Shown piece after piece: positions 1 to 10,180 of a DNA stretch of 62,745 nt. Position 1 is the first letter of the stretch, and every line of letters begins with the position of its first letter. The stretch spans positions 1 through 62,745 of the forward strand of contig JAVVPN010000005.1 in assembly GCA_036655755.1 (NCBI GenBank), given 5' to 3'. A program made the translations under genes and the position numbers. The notes under the pieces were generated by a model. The model saw nothing but the letters and a program-made list of their open reading frames with translations. It did no database searches and was not told the origin of the DNA. The DNA is from Bacteroidales bacterium. Its GTDB lineage: Bacteria > Bacteroidota > Bacteroidia > Bacteroidales > JAUNSR01.

Positions 1-48
1 ACCTCATGATTATGAATCATGCGCTCTAACCGACTGAGCTATCTCGCC
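1..48 (-). tRNA. tRNA-Met(CAT), probably elongator; 3' part truncated by the window edge
   Basis: Reverse complement reads GGCGAGATAGCTCAGTCGGTTAGAGCGCATGATTCATAATCATGAGGT: acceptor 5' strand, D arm (TAGCTCAG..GGTTAGAGC) and anticodon stem ATGA/TCAT with loop TT-CAT-AA. The GGCG start favours Met over Ile2 (inference). Confidence 0.9.
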
Positions 49-83
49 ATCCTTAGCAACCGTTGTTTTTCCCGATTGCGTTG

Positions 84-91
84 CAAAGATA
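84..91 (-). promoter_or_regulatory. Bacteroidetes sigma-70 -7 element for the tRNA
   Basis: TATCTTTG on the minus strand matches TAnnTTTG, about 35 nt upstream of the tRNA 5' end. Confidence 0.7.
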
Positions 92-334
92 GAGGTAAAA
101 TTTAATTCTCAAAAATTTCAGAAACCTTTTTTTCATCGCTTTTCTGCACTCAAACGGCATTCATATTCGCTTTCAATAAATTAGACATGAAAAAAAAATT
201 CAAATTGAGTGAAAAAAAATTCGTCCGGCATTTTTCATCCTTCCCATTTTTTTTCACCGCCACAATTAATTTAAGTTTGTTATTATATATATACTAATTT
301 TTTTATTTATATATTGCCCAAAAATACGATTACC

Positions 335-718
335 ATGACAAAAGAAAAGTTTAATATTGAGTACAGCCTTAAAAGCGTATCGCCGAATGTATTATGGAAC
401 TACATCGGTACCGCGCCGGGATTGGCTAATTGGTTTGCAGATGACGTACGTCTGTGTGGTAAAAAATATACCTTCTTCTGGAATAAGATGCCACAGGATG
501 CCGATCAGATCGGATGCAGAACAGGCGTATTCATCCGCTTCCGCTGGCATGAAGAGGACACGGTAAAAACATTCTTTGAATTCCGCATCCATCAGATCGA
601 GCTGACCGGCGGTACGGTATTGGAGGTAACCGATTATGCCTATCCGGAGGAGCTGGAAGATTCGGTAGAGCTATGGAACACGCAAATCGAAAACCTGAAA
701 AGGAAACTGGGAATTTGA
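335..718 (+). CDS. START-like (SRPBCC) domain protein
   Basis: Motifs VSPNVLWNYIGTAPGLANWFADDV and FRFRW...FEFRI fit the Bacteroidetes START-like family. ATG at 335 preferred over the TTG at 314. Confidence 0.7.
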   Translation: MTKEKFNIEYSLKSVSPNVLWNYIGTAPGLANWFADDVRLCGKKYTFFWNKMPQDADQIGCRTGVFIRFRWHEEDTVKTFFEFRIHQIELTGGTVLEVTDYAYPEELEDSVELWNTQIENLKRKLGI

Positions 719-735
719 ATTTCAATTTTTTGCAT

Positions 736-743
736 TACTTTTG
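736..743 (+). promoter_or_regulatory. -7 promoter element for the lptF/G-ribBA transcript
   Basis: TACTTTTG, with a TTTG (-33-like) at 714-717. Confidence 0.55.
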
Positions 744-761
744 CGTACAATCTAATTTGAT

Positions 762-2645
762 ATGTTGCGCATAAAAAGATTATACACCTTTATACTTCAG
801 ACATTTCTACCTGTCTTTTGCATGACCTTCTTTATATGTCTTTTCATCGTATTGATGCAGTTTCTGTGGAAATACGTCGACGAGATGGTAGGTAAAGGGC
901 TTGAAATAAGAGTTTTGTTTGAATTATTTTTCTACGCGGCGCTATCTTTGGCGCCAATGGCTCTTCCTTTGGCAATTTTGCTTGCTTCATTGATGACCTT
1001 TGGTAATCTGGGCGAACGCCTGGAACTATTGGCAATGAAAGCGGCGGGAGTGTCACTGATTAAAATCATGCGCCCGCTGATCGTTACGGTAGGCATTATT
1101 GCCGTAGGAGCATTTTTCTTCCAAAATGAAATTTTACCGCGCTCGCAGGTAAAACTATACTCCCTTCTTTTTTCCATGCGGCATAAATCGCCCGAACTGG
1201 ATATTCCCGAAGGTGTTTTCTACAAAGAAATCGATGGATACAACTTATACGTCAAACACAAAAACCGCGATACGGGGATGTTGTATGACGTAATGATTTA
1301 TGATGTATCGGGTAGCTTTGAGGATGCGGCCGTAATTGTAGCCGACTCGGGTAAATTAAAAATGACAGATGACAAACGTTTTCTGATTCTTTCGTTGTGG
1401 GACGGCGAGTCGTTCGAGAACCTGAAGGATCAGCGCACGGCCACCTCCAACGTACCCTACCGTCGCGAAACATTCGGCAAAAAAGATATCGTAATTGAGT
1501 TTGACGCCAACTTTAACCGTATGGACGAGTCGTTCATGTCGAACCAGTATATCGGGAAAAACATGAAGGAGCTGCAGTCGTCAATCGATTCATTAACGTT
1601 GCGAAGCGATTCGGTAGCTACCCAATACGCTACTTCGCTGAAAAAAAGCACTTATTTCAGAGGTACCCTCAATGATGCGGCAGTTGATTCGGTACTCAAT
1701 CAAACGCTGACAAAAGCAATCGATATCGACCAGACACTTCATAAAGCGACGTTACGCGAACGGCAGAACATCTATACGAAAGCCGCTTCAAAATCGAATT
1801 CGATCGAGCAGGACTATATGTTCAAGAAAAGCATGCAGGAGGATGAAAACAAAGTGATCCGCCGCCATGAAATCGAGATGCATAAGAAATTCACGCTCTC
1901 TATCGCGTGTCTGCTGTTCTTCTTTATCGGCGCTCCGCTGGGAGCGATCATCCGTAAGGGGGGACTCGGTATGCCGGTGATCATTTCGATCTTTCTGTTT
2001 ATCGTATATTATATTATAGATACGGCAGGATATAAATTTGCCCGCGACGGTCAATGGGCGGTATGGGAAGGAATCTGGTTAAGCTCGGCCTTTCTGCTTC
2101 CGCTGGGTATTTTCTTTACGACGAAAGCGGTAAACGACTCGGTGTTGTTCAACATGGAAGTGTATGCAGACGTACTGCGCAATTTGTTGGGCCTACGCAA
2201 AAAACGAACATTCGAGCGAAAGGAAGTGATTATCGAAACCTTGAATAAGGAAGCGCTCCGAAAAGATATCTCAGAGCTCAACGATATGTGCGAAGCGTAT
2301 CTGACCGCTTCGGCCGATATCCGCTCTATCAATTATCTGAATTTTTACACTGGCAAATATGCACCCCAAGGACTGGAAGATCTGGTGGTGAAATATAATA
2401 TCATGCTGGAGACAGCCAGCAACTCAGACGACCGGAATTTCCTGAAGAAGCTTTCCGAGTCGCCGGTTTTATACAAAATGAATTTCGGATCGCCGGCACA
2501 CAGCAAATGGAGCAGTATTCTGTTAGCGCTGTTCGTACCGTTTAGTTTACCTTATTATTTGTTTGCCATCTTTAAACGCAGACAACGAATGAATGCGATT
2601 CGGGAAGTGATTAAAAACAACCGGGAATTACTAAATTTACTATAG
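762..2645 (+). CDS. LptF/LptG family LPS export ABC transporter permease
   Basis: N-terminal TM helices with LPLAILLASLMTFGNLGERLELLAMKAAGVS, a periplasmic beta-jellyroll region and KKFTLSIACLLFFFIGAPLG. Confidence 0.9.
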   Translation: MLRIKRLYTFILQTFLPVFCMTFFICLFIVLMQFLWKYVDEMVGKGLEIRVLFELFFYAALSLAPMALPLAILLASLMTFGNLGERLELLAMKAAGVSLIKIMRPLIVTVGIIAVGAFFFQNEILPRSQVKLYSLLFSMRHKSPELDIPEGVFYKEIDGYNLYVKHKNRDTGMLYDVMIYDVSGSFEDAAVIVADSGKLKMTDDKRFLILSLWDGESFENLKDQRTATSNVPYRRETFGKKDIVIEFDANFNRMDESFMSNQYIGKNMKELQSSIDSLTLRSDSVATQYATSLKKSTYFRGTLNDAAVDSVLNQTLTKAIDIDQTLHKATLRERQNIYTKAASKSNSIEQDYMFKKSMQEDENKVIRRHEIEMHKKFTLSIACLLFFFIGAPLGAIIRKGGLGMPVIISIFLFIVYYIIDTAGYKFARDGQWAVWEGIWLSSAFLLPLGIFFTTKAVNDSVLFNMEVYADVLRNLLGLRKKRTFERKEVIIETLNKEALRKDISELNDMCEAYLTASADIRSINYLNFYTGKYAPQGLEDLVVKYNIMLETASNSDDRNFLKKLSESPVLYKMNFGSPAHSKWSSILLALFVPFSLPYYLFAIFKRRQRMNAIREVIKNNRELLNLL

Positions 2646-2663
2646 GATATAAAAACTCACAAT

Positions 2664-3881
2664 ATGAGCGAATTCAAATTAAATACAATAGAAGAAGCGA
2701 TCGAAGAGATCCGTCAGGGAAATCTGATCATCGTTGTGGATGATGAAGACCGCGAAAACGAAGGCGATTTCATTGCTTGTGCAGAACTGATGACCCCTGA
2801 AAAAGCAAATTTCATGGCGCGTTACGGTCGCGGACTAATGTGTGCGCCAATGACAGACGAGCGTGCGGATGAATTGGAACTGCCTTATATGGTAAGCTCG
2901 AACACTTCGCTGCATGCGACGCCGTTTACCGTATCGGTAGACTTGCTGACTCATGGCTGTACAACCGGTATTTCGGCTTACGACCGTGCAACAACTTTAA
3001 AATATCTTGCCGATCCGAATACGAAGGCTGAAGAATTTGGACGTCCGGGACATATCTTCCCGCTTCGTGCCCGTAGCCGTGGTGTATTGCGCCGTGCCGG
3101 CCATACGGAAGCCGCAGTAGATCTATGCCGTTTGGCAGGATTGCAGCCGGTAGGATGTCTGATTGAGATTCTGAATGAGGATGGCACAATGGCCCGCCTA
3201 CCGGAATTGATGGAGATGGCCAAAGAGCATAACATGAAGATCGTTTCGGTAGCTGAGCTGATCAAGTACCGTTTGAAAGAGGAATCGTTGGTTGATATGG
3301 GTGAAGAGGTAAACATGCCCACTCATCACGGCAACTTCCGTCTGATTCCTTTCCGCCAAAAATCGAACGGCTTAGAGCACGTGGCGCTCATCAAAGGAGA
3401 CTGGAACGAGGATGAGCCGATTCTGGTGCGTGTACATTCGTCGTGCGTAACAGGCGATATCTTCGGATCGATGCGTTGCGAATGTGGCGAACAGCTACAT
3501 AAGGCGATGGAAGCGATCGAAAAAGAGGGTAAAGGCGTGATCGTATATATGAATCAGGAGGGTCGCGGTATCGGACTGATGGCAAAAATGCAAGCGTACA
3601 AATTGCAGGAACAAGGAATGGACACGGTGGATGCCAACCTACACCTTGGTTTTGAAGCAGACGAACGCGATTATGGCGTGGGAGCGAATATTCTGAAAAT
3701 GCTCGGCGTTTCAAAAATGCGTTTGATGACCAACAACCCCGTAAAACGAATCGGACTGGAAGGATACGGACTGGAAATCGTTGAAAATGTGCCGATTGAA
3801 ATCGAGCCAAACAAATACAACGAGTTTTACATGCATACCAAAAAAGAGCGCATGGGCCATATCTTACGGAATGTGAAATAA
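2664..3881 (+). CDS. ribBA: Bifunctional DHBP synthase / GTP cyclohydrolase II
   Basis: [51 protein letters not shown]. Confidence 0.97.
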   Translation: MSEFKLNTIEEAIEEIRQGNLIIVVDDEDRENEGDFIACAELMTPEKANFMARYGRGLMCAPMTDERADELELPYMVSSNTSLHATPFTVSVDLLTHGCTTGISAYDRATTLKYLADPNTKAEEFGRPGHIFPLRARSRGVLRRAGHTEAAVDLCRLAGLQPVGCLIEILNEDGTMARLPELMEMAKEHNMKIVSVAELIKYRLKEESLVDMGEEVNMPTHHGNFRLIPFRQKSNGLEHVALIKGDWNEDEPILVRVHSSCVTGDIFGSMRCECGEQLHKAMEAIEKEGKGVIVYMNQEGRGIGLMAKMQAYKLQEQGMDTVDANLHLGFEADERDYGVGANILKMLGVSKMRLMTNNPVKRIGLEGYGLEIVENVPIEIEPNKYNEFYMHTKKERMGHILRNVK

Positions 3882-4034
3882 TCATTGTTATAGAATACGT
3901 ATAAATAGCAGAATAATGCAAGCAAACAGCGAGCTTATTCTGCTATTTGTTTTGTTAATTCATTGATTTTATATTCTTTTGCATCCAGATCAAAAGATCG
4001 CTCATTAAACTCACCAAGAAAAATTAAAATTCGA

Positions 4035-5228
4035 ATGAATCAAGTTTCAGCACGTTTGGCCAGCCTTTCCCCTTCGGAAACGTTAGCTATGTCTCAGAAA
4101 AGTAATGAATTGAAAGCTCAGGGATTTGATGTTATAAACCTGAGTGTCGGCGAACCGGATTTTTATACACCCGCGCACATTAAAGAAGCAGCTAAAAAAG
4201 CGATCGACGACAACTTTTCTTTTTATTCGCCGGTTCCGGGATATATGGACCTGCGTAAAGCGATCTGTAATAAGTTGAAACGTGAAAACGGACTGGATTA
4301 TAAACCGGAGCAAATCATTGTATCGGGAGGAGCAAAACAGTCTGTATGCAACGCACTATTAAGCCTTGTGGGTCCGGGCGACGAAGTAATCGTGCCAACT
4401 CCGGCATGGGTAAGCTACTTTGAGATGGTAAAGCTTGCCGAAGGTAAAAACGTAATCATCAAGGCCGGTATCGATCAGGATTTCAAAATCACACCCGAGC
4501 AGCTCGAAGCAGCCATCACCCCCGCAACCAAAGCCATTATCCTTTGCTCTCCGTCTAATCCGACAGGCAGCGTGTACAGTAAAGAGGAATTGAAGGCGCT
4601 TGCCGACGTATTGGCAAAGTATCCGCGCGTGATGATCATTGCCGACGAAATTTACGAACACATCAATTACATTGGTAAGCACGAAAGCATCGCCCAGTTT
4701 GAAGAGGTACGCGACCGCGTGATCATCATCAACGGGGTATCGAAAGCATACGCGATGACCGGATGGCGTATCGGTTTTATGGCGGCTCCGCTTTGGGTGG
4801 CAAAAGCATGCAATAAACTACAGGGACAATACACCTCAGGCCCCTCTTCTATCGCTCAGAAAGCAGCGGTGGCTGCCTACGAAGGCCCGCAGGAGTGCAT
4901 CGCTGAGATGCGCGAAGCATTTGAACGCCGTCGTAACCTGGTAGTAGGGTTGGCAAAAGAGATTGACGGATTTAAAGTAAACGTTCCGACAGGCGCATTC
5001 TACCTGTTTCCGGATGTAAGCGCGTTGTTCGGCAAATCGTATGAAGGACGTGTAATCAACGATTCTTCAGACCTGGCCATGTTCTTGCTTGAAAAAGGAT
5101 TGGTGGCAACAGTAGCCGGCAGTGCATTCGGAGCTCCTGAATGCTTGCGCTTCTCTTATGCTACTTCAGACGAAAACCTGGTAGAAGCGCTGAAGCGTAT
5201 TAAAGATACGGTTGCTTTGTTGAAATAA
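4035..5228 (+). CDS. aspC: PLP-dependent aspartate aminotransferase (class I/II)
   Basis: GEPDF, SPSNPTG, DEIY and SKAYAMTGWRIG (PLP lysine). ATG at 4035. Confidence 0.88.
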   Translation: MNQVSARLASLSPSETLAMSQKSNELKAQGFDVINLSVGEPDFYTPAHIKEAAKKAIDDNFSFYSPVPGYMDLRKAICNKLKRENGLDYKPEQIIVSGGAKQSVCNALLSLVGPGDEVIVPTPAWVSYFEMVKLAEGKNVIIKAGIDQDFKITPEQLEAAITPATKAIILCSPSNPTGSVYSKEELKALADVLAKYPRVMIIADEIYEHINYIGKHESIAQFEEVRDRVIIINGVSKAYAMTGWRIGFMAAPLWVAKACNKLQGQYTSGPSSIAQKAAVAAYEGPQECIAEMREAFERRRNLVVGLAKEIDGFKVNVPTGAFYLFPDVSALFGKSYEGRVINDSSDLAMFLLEKGLVATVAGSAFGAPECLRFSYATSDENLVEALKRIKDTVALLK

Positions 5229-5252
5229 GCACCTTCTCATAAAATCATACCT

Positions 5253-5298
5253 CAGGGTGGCGGGCAGATTCAATAAAATGAATACGCCCGCCACCCTG
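5253..5298. terminator. Hairpin between convergent aspC and lrp
   Basis: 13-bp stem CAGGGTGGCGGGC/GCCCGCCACCCTG plus inner ATTCA/TGAAT pairing. Confidence 0.7.
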
Positions 5299-5316
5299 TC
5301 GGTTATAAAGGTTTCG

Positions 5317-5778
5317 TTAAAACGGAATCCCCGTTTCCCGTTTCGTACAGTCCATCACGAACATACTCTCGAGCGAACCCAGCGAATCGAGCTGTCCCAG
5401 TTTATGGATAATAAATTCCTGATACTGCTTCATGTTCGCCACATGAATTTTAAGCAGGTAGTCAAAATGGCCCGAGATGTTGTAACATTCGGTTACTTCG
5501 GGTATCTCACGGATCGCCTGCGTAAAAGCGAGTGCGATTTCGGTATTCAGCTGTTTCAACTTGACATTACAAAACACCACGAAACCCAGATTCAGCTTTT
5601 CGGCATCAATCAGCGCAACGTATTTTTGAATATATCCTTCGTTTTCGAGCCGTCTCACCCGTTCGAAAACAGGCGTGGTAGAAAGATTCACTTTGGCGGC
5701 AAGCTCTTTCGTAGTCATATTTGAGTTTTCCTGCAGGATACGCAGCAAGCGCAAATCAGTAGCATCTAATTTCTCCAT
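5317..5778 (-). CDS. Lrp/AsnC family transcriptional regulator
   Basis: LDATDLRLLRILQEN...LAAKVNLSTTPVFERVRRLENEGYI HTH, and a RAM domain ECYNISGHFDYLLKI. ATG at 5778. Confidence 0.93.
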   Translation of the reverse strand: MEKLDATDLRLLRILQENSNMTTKELAAKVNLSTTPVFERVRRLENEGYIQKYVALIDAEKLNLGFVVFCNVKLKQLNTEIALAFTQAIREIPEVTECYNISGHFDYLLKIHVANMKQYQEFIIHKLGQLDSLGSLESMFVMDCTKRETGIPF

Positions 5779-5903
5779 AGAATATTTTTCTTTTGCGATG
5801 GGACAAACCACCGCTCTACTTTTTGTTTATTCTTTACAACCTATACAAATTAGTTATATTTTCTTGATTTAAGCAAATCATATCATCATATTTTCTTTAT
5901 ACA

Positions 5904-5911
5904 TAGCTTTG
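5904..5911 (+). promoter_or_regulatory. -7 promoter element for metY
   Basis: TAGCTTTG about 40 nt upstream of the ATG. Confidence 0.6.
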
Positions 5912-5952
5912 TGTAGAAATAACAGATCAAAAACTACTAAAAATATAAAGCT

Positions 5953-7254
5953 ATGGGAACTACAGACAACTTCCGCACCAACCTTCATTTTGAAACTTTG
6001 CAGCTACATGTCGGACAGGAAACTCCCGATCCGGTAACCGGAGCACGCGCCGTGCCGATTTATCAAACCACTTCGTATGTATTCGACAATTGCGAACAGG
6101 CTGCCGCCCGTTTCGGTTTACGCGAAGGAGGAAATATATACGGCAGGCTCACGAATCCTACCCAAGACGTATTCGAACAACGTATAGCCGCCCTCGAAGG
6201 AGGCGTGGCAGCATTGGCTGTAGCCAGCGGAGCGGCAGCTGTAACCTATGCTTTACAAAATATCACCCGGCAAGGCGATCATATCGTAGCGGCAAAAACG
6301 ATTTACGGCGGAAGCTATAATCTGCTGGCACATACCTTCCCTGCCAATGGCGTAACCACTACGTTCGTCGATCCTGACGAACCCGCTAACTTTGAGCAGG
6401 CCATTCGCGCAAACACCAAGGCGATCTTTATCGAATCGCTTGGCAACCCCAACTCCAATATCATCGATATAAAAGCGGTAGCGGATATCGCCCACAAACA
6501 TGGCATCCCGCTGATCGTGGATAACACATTCGGGACACCCTACCTGATTCGGCCGTTCGAACACGGTGCGGATATCGTAATACATTCGGCCACAAAATTT
6601 ATCGGTGGCCACGGTACTTCGCTGGGAGGCGTCATCATCGACGGAGGCAAATTCAACTGGAGCGCGAATGATAAATTTCCGCAACTTTCGAAACCGGACG
6701 CAAGTTATCACGGAGTGGTCTTTACCGATGCATGCGGAGCAGCCGCATTCGTCACCCGCATTCGTGCCGTGATTCTGCGTGATACCGGAGCAGCCATCAG
6801 TCCGTTCAACGCATTTATTCTTTTGCAAGGGTTAGAAACACTGTCATTGCGCGTAGAGCGCCATATAGAAAATGCATTAAAAGTAGTCGATTTTCTAAAT
6901 CGCCATCCCAAAGTAAAACGGGTGAACCATCCCGGTCTCCCCTCCCACCCCGATCATCAACGCTACCAGGCGTATTTCCCGAAGGGAGCCGGCTCGATAT
7001 TCACGTTCGATCTGCAGGGGGACGAAAAAGAAGCACATGCATTCATCGATAATCTGAAGCTTTTTTCGCTTCTCGCCAATGTAGCCGATTCGAAAAGCCT
7101 CGTGATTCATCCCGCCAGCACCACCCATTCGCAACTATCGGCAGCCGAAAAACAAGAGCAACAGATATTTAACAGCACAATCCGCCTCAGTATCGGCACG
7201 GAACACATCGAGGATCTATTGGCAGATTTAACACAAGCATTCAAAAAAATCTAA
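5953..7254 (+). CDS. metY: O-acetylhomoserine sulfhydrylase (aminocarboxypropyltransferase)
   Basis: [31 protein letters not shown] (PLP lysine), [19 protein letters not shown]. Confidence 0.92.
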   Translation: MGTTDNFRTNLHFETLQLHVGQETPDPVTGARAVPIYQTTSYVFDNCEQAAARFGLREGGNIYGRLTNPTQDVFEQRIAALEGGVAALAVASGAAAVTYALQNITRQGDHIVAAKTIYGGSYNLLAHTFPANGVTTTFVDPDEPANFEQAIRANTKAIFIESLGNPNSNIIDIKAVADIAHKHGIPLIVDNTFGTPYLIRPFEHGADIVIHSATKFIGGHGTSLGGVIIDGGKFNWSANDKFPQLSKPDASYHGVVFTDACGAAAFVTRIRAVILRDTGAAISPFNAFILLQGLETLSLRVERHIENALKVVDFLNRHPKVKRVNHPGLPSHPDHQRYQAYFPKGAGSIFTFDLQGDEKEAHAFIDNLKLFSLLANVADSKSLVIHPASTTHSQLSAAEKQEQQIFNSTIRLSIGTEHIEDLLADLTQAFKKI

Positions 7255-7274
7255 TTTTTAAACAAACATTATAG

Positions 7275-7306
7275 ATTCTCTCTTCGGTATTTGTCGGAGA
7301 GAGAAT
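7275..7306 (+). terminator. Probable intrinsic terminator after metY
   Basis: Stem ATTCTCTCT/AGAGAGAAT followed by TCTTATATT. Confidence 0.55.
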
Positions 7307-7407
7307 TCTTATATTAAAAAATATATTATCTTAGCAAGCGCTATTAATAAAATAATTTATTATCAAGCACCTATCAATTCATCACTTTACATTTAACTCA
7401 ATCTAAA

Positions 7408-9756
7408 ATGAGAAAACGCATCCTAAGCATGTATTCTACGGCTGCATTATGTTTTTTGACAGCTTGTGGAGAGCAATCTTCCGAAACGAAGTCTTACAAT
7501 CAGGGAATCAATGTAATTCCTGTTCCGGCCGAACTTTCTCAACAAGAAGGCTTTTTCAAACTACAGAAAAAAACCTCTGTTTTTGCATCTTCACCTGAAG
7601 CTAAAACAATCGCAGAGTTTTTTGCTGCTAAAATGAATGCATCTACCGGATATAATATTACTGTCTCTGACAAGAATACAGCCGGAAACATCGCTTTATC
7701 AATCAACGAACAGTTAGATGTAAATAACGAAGGTTACAAGCTAAATGTAACCAAAGAGGGAGTTCAGATCGAAGCAAAAACACCTCAAGGCCTATTCTAC
7801 GGTATGCAAACGCTGATGCAGCTATTGCCGGCCGAAATCGAAAGCCCTAAAGTTGAAAAAGGAATCGCTTGGAACATCCCTTGTGTAACTATTAAAGATG
7901 AGCCTCGCTTTTCTTACCGTGGTGTGATGCTTGACCCATGTCGTCATTTCATTCCGGTTGAAAATATCAAAAAACACCTGGATGTGATGGCTTTATTCAA
8001 AATCAACACATTCCACTGGCACCTTACCGAAGACCAGGGATGGCGTATTGAAATCAAAAAATATCCGAAACTAACCGAACAAGCTTCTAAACGCATCGAC
8101 GGAGAAGGCACCGAGCATGGTGGTTTTTACACACAAGAACAAATCAAAGAAGTTGTTGCATACGCACAGGAACGTTTTATCACGGTTATTCCTGAATTAG
8201 AGATTCCGGGACACGAACTTGCCGCTATCTCGGCTTATCCAGAATTATCTTGTAAAGGCGAACCAACAACGCCACGTATCATCTGGGGCGTTGAAGATAT
8301 CGTAATGTGTCCGGCTAAAGAAAATACATTCCAGTTCATCGAAGACGTAATCGCCGAAATGGTACCGTTGTTCCCGGGCGAATACTTCCACATCGGAGGT
8401 GACGAATGTCCGAAAACAAGCTGGAAAGAGTGTCCTAACTGCCAGGCTTTGATCCGCAAAGAGGGATTGCAGGGCGACAAACATCATTCGAGCGAAGAAA
8501 AACTTCAGAGCTATGTAATTCGTCGTGCAGAACAGATGCTTGCGAAACATGGCAAGAAAATTATCGGATGGGATGAAATCTTAGAGGGTGGTATCGCTCC
8601 GACGGCTACCGTAATGTCATGGCGAGGTGAGGAAGGCGGTATCGCAGCCGCTTTGATGAACCACGACGTAGTGATGACTCCGGGAAGCAACGGTATGTAC
8701 CTTGACCATTATCAGGGAGATCCTAAAATCGAACCGGTTGCAATCGGTGGATATACAACGCTTGAAAAAACATACAGCTACAATCCGGTTCCGGATACAT
8801 TGGTGGCAATGAATAAATCGCATTTCGTTAAAGGAGTGCAGTGTAACCTTTGGAGCGAATACATGTATCGTCCGGAATTGGTTGAATACCGTGCTTACCC
8901 ACGTGTGGTAGCTCTTTCTGAAATTGCATGGTCGCAGGTTGCAAACAAAGATTACGCCGATTTCGAACGTCGTATCAACAATGCTTATGTTCGCCTCGAC
9001 GGTCACAACATCAACTATCATATTCCACAACCGGAACAGCCTAACGGATCTTGCAACACGGTTGCATTTACTGATCAGGCAAAACTTGAGTTCAAAACAA
9101 CTCGTCCGGTGAAAATGGTTTATACTACCGACGGAAGTGATCCGACACCACAATCAACAGAGTATACAGCTCCGCTTGATATCAACGAGACTACGACGCT
9201 AAAAATCCGCTCGGTTCTTCCTTCAGGAAAAATGAGTCCGGTACGTAACATCTCGGTTGAGAAGCAAGCGTTATCTCCGGCCAAAGAGGTGGCAAACACC
9301 ACTCCGGGACTAAAAATGGCGATTATCGACGGTACTTACCTGGATACAAAAGCATTAGACAATACCAAAATAACAAAAGAAACGACGCTTAAAAGTCTGC
9401 GCGACTTGCGTAGCCAGGTTAAAACCAGCGAAAGCATGCGCAATGTAAATAACTACGCTGCAATCGGTACCGGTTATGTAAACATTCCGGAAGATGGCGT
9501 GTACTACTTTACATCGAACAATGACGAAGTTTGGATCGACGGTAAACTGATCGTAGACAACGGCGGCGAAGTGAAAAGATTCTCTCGCAAAGATGGATCA
9601 ATGGCCTTGAGCAAAGGGTTGCACGAAATCAAAGTGGTATTCCTTGGTCACATCATGGGTGGATGGCCTTCACTTTGGGATGATGCAAGCGTAAAAATCC
9701 GCAAATCGGATGCAGCGCAATTCTCTCCGATCACACCGGAAATGCTTGTTTTCTAA
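7408..9756 (+). CDS. GH20 beta-N-acetylhexosaminidase lipoprotein with chitobiase-C and PA14 domains
   Basis: Lipobox LTAC; YRGVMLDPCRHF, HWHLTEDQGWR, HIGGDE catalytic pair; YTTDGSDP and a PA14-like C-terminus. Confidence 0.93.
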   Translation: MRKRILSMYSTAALCFLTACGEQSSETKSYNQGINVIPVPAELSQQEGFFKLQKKTSVFASSPEAKTIAEFFAAKMNASTGYNITVSDKNTAGNIALSINEQLDVNNEGYKLNVTKEGVQIEAKTPQGLFYGMQTLMQLLPAEIESPKVEKGIAWNIPCVTIKDEPRFSYRGVMLDPCRHFIPVENIKKHLDVMALFKINTFHWHLTEDQGWRIEIKKYPKLTEQASKRIDGEGTEHGGFYTQEQIKEVVAYAQERFITVIPELEIPGHELAAISAYPELSCKGEPTTPRIIWGVEDIVMCPAKENTFQFIEDVIAEMVPLFPGEYFHIGGDECPKTSWKECPNCQALIRKEGLQGDKHHSSEEKLQSYVIRRAEQMLAKHGKKIIGWDEILEGGIAPTATVMSWRGEEGGIAAALMNHDVVMTPGSNGMYLDHYQGDPKIEPVAIGGYTTLEKTYSYNPVPDTLVAMNKSHFVKGVQCNLWSEYMYRPELVEYRAYPRVVALSEIAWSQVANKDYADFERRINNAYVRLDGHNINYHIPQPEQPNGSCNTVAFTDQAKLEFKTTRPVKMVYTTDGSDPTPQSTEYTAPLDINETTTLKIRSVLPSGKMSPVRNISVEKQALSPAKEVANTTPGLKMAIIDGTYLDTKALDNTKITKETTLKSLRDLRSQVKTSESMRNVNNYAAIGTGYVNIPEDGVYYFTSNNDEVWIDGKLIVDNGGEVKRFSRKDGSMALSKGLHEIKVVFLGHIMGGWPSLWDDASVKIRKSDAAQFSPITPEMLVF

Positions 9757-9792
9757 AACATAAAGTAAAGCGTAACGCTTTGTTATAATAGC

Positions 9793-9842
9793 AAATCCGC
9801 TCTCCTTCCTATCAAAACGGAAAGAGGGCGGATTTCTTTTTT
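9793..9842 (+). terminator. Intrinsic terminator after GH20
   Basis: Stem AAATCCGCTCT..TTCC / GGAA.AGAGGGCGGATTT followed by a T-run. Confidence 0.75.
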
Positions 9843-9855
9843 ATAGCGGTCGGAG

Positions 9856-10045
9856 TACTTCTGAAAATAAAAGCCCTCGCTCCTGGTGATGGCCCGAGAA
9901 GAACCCGAGTGTCGCCCGCGGAGAATTTAACTGCCGCCCGAGAAGAACCCATCTGCCGCTCGCGGACGAACATTGTGTTCCTCCCGAACAATTTTCAGGT
10001 TGCTCGCCGGGGGTAGTCAGATTATTCGCGAACAATCTGCCGAGT
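9856..10045 (+). repeat. Degenerate 22-bp tandem repeat element, copy A (leader plus 7 units)
   Basis: Units start at 9892, 9914, 9936, 9958, 9980, 10002 and 10024. GCCCGAGAAGAACCC is exact at 9892 and 9936. Homologous to 57923-58078. Confidence 0.75.
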
Positions 10046-10132
10046 AGAGGTGATAAAAAAGAGAAGAACATATGAATTAAGTTTTTAATTTGATTTTTGT
10101 TTTTTACGCTTCTGTGCCCTCCTTATTATTCG

Positions 10133-10140
10133 TATCTTTG
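10133..10140 (+). promoter_or_regulatory. -7 promoter element for dnaE
   Basis: TATCTTTG about 40 nt upstream of ATG 10181. Confidence 0.65.
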
Positions 10141-10180
10141 GCGTTCTCAAAAACAGAATAAAAGACCTTCACATAGCGTT

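Noticed and set aside
1-48. tRNA as an integration site for an island
   Set aside because: No integrase or att duplication in the window; the flanking genes are housekeeping, and the tRNA 3' end lies outside the window.
9892-10045. CRISPR array
   Set aside because: Units are contiguous, degenerate 22-mers without unique 30-40 nt spacers, and no cas genes are present.
9841-10071. 76-aa minus-strand ORF over repeat copy A
   Set aside because: It starts at a non-ATG codon, has no motif, and its sequence simply reflects the repeat.
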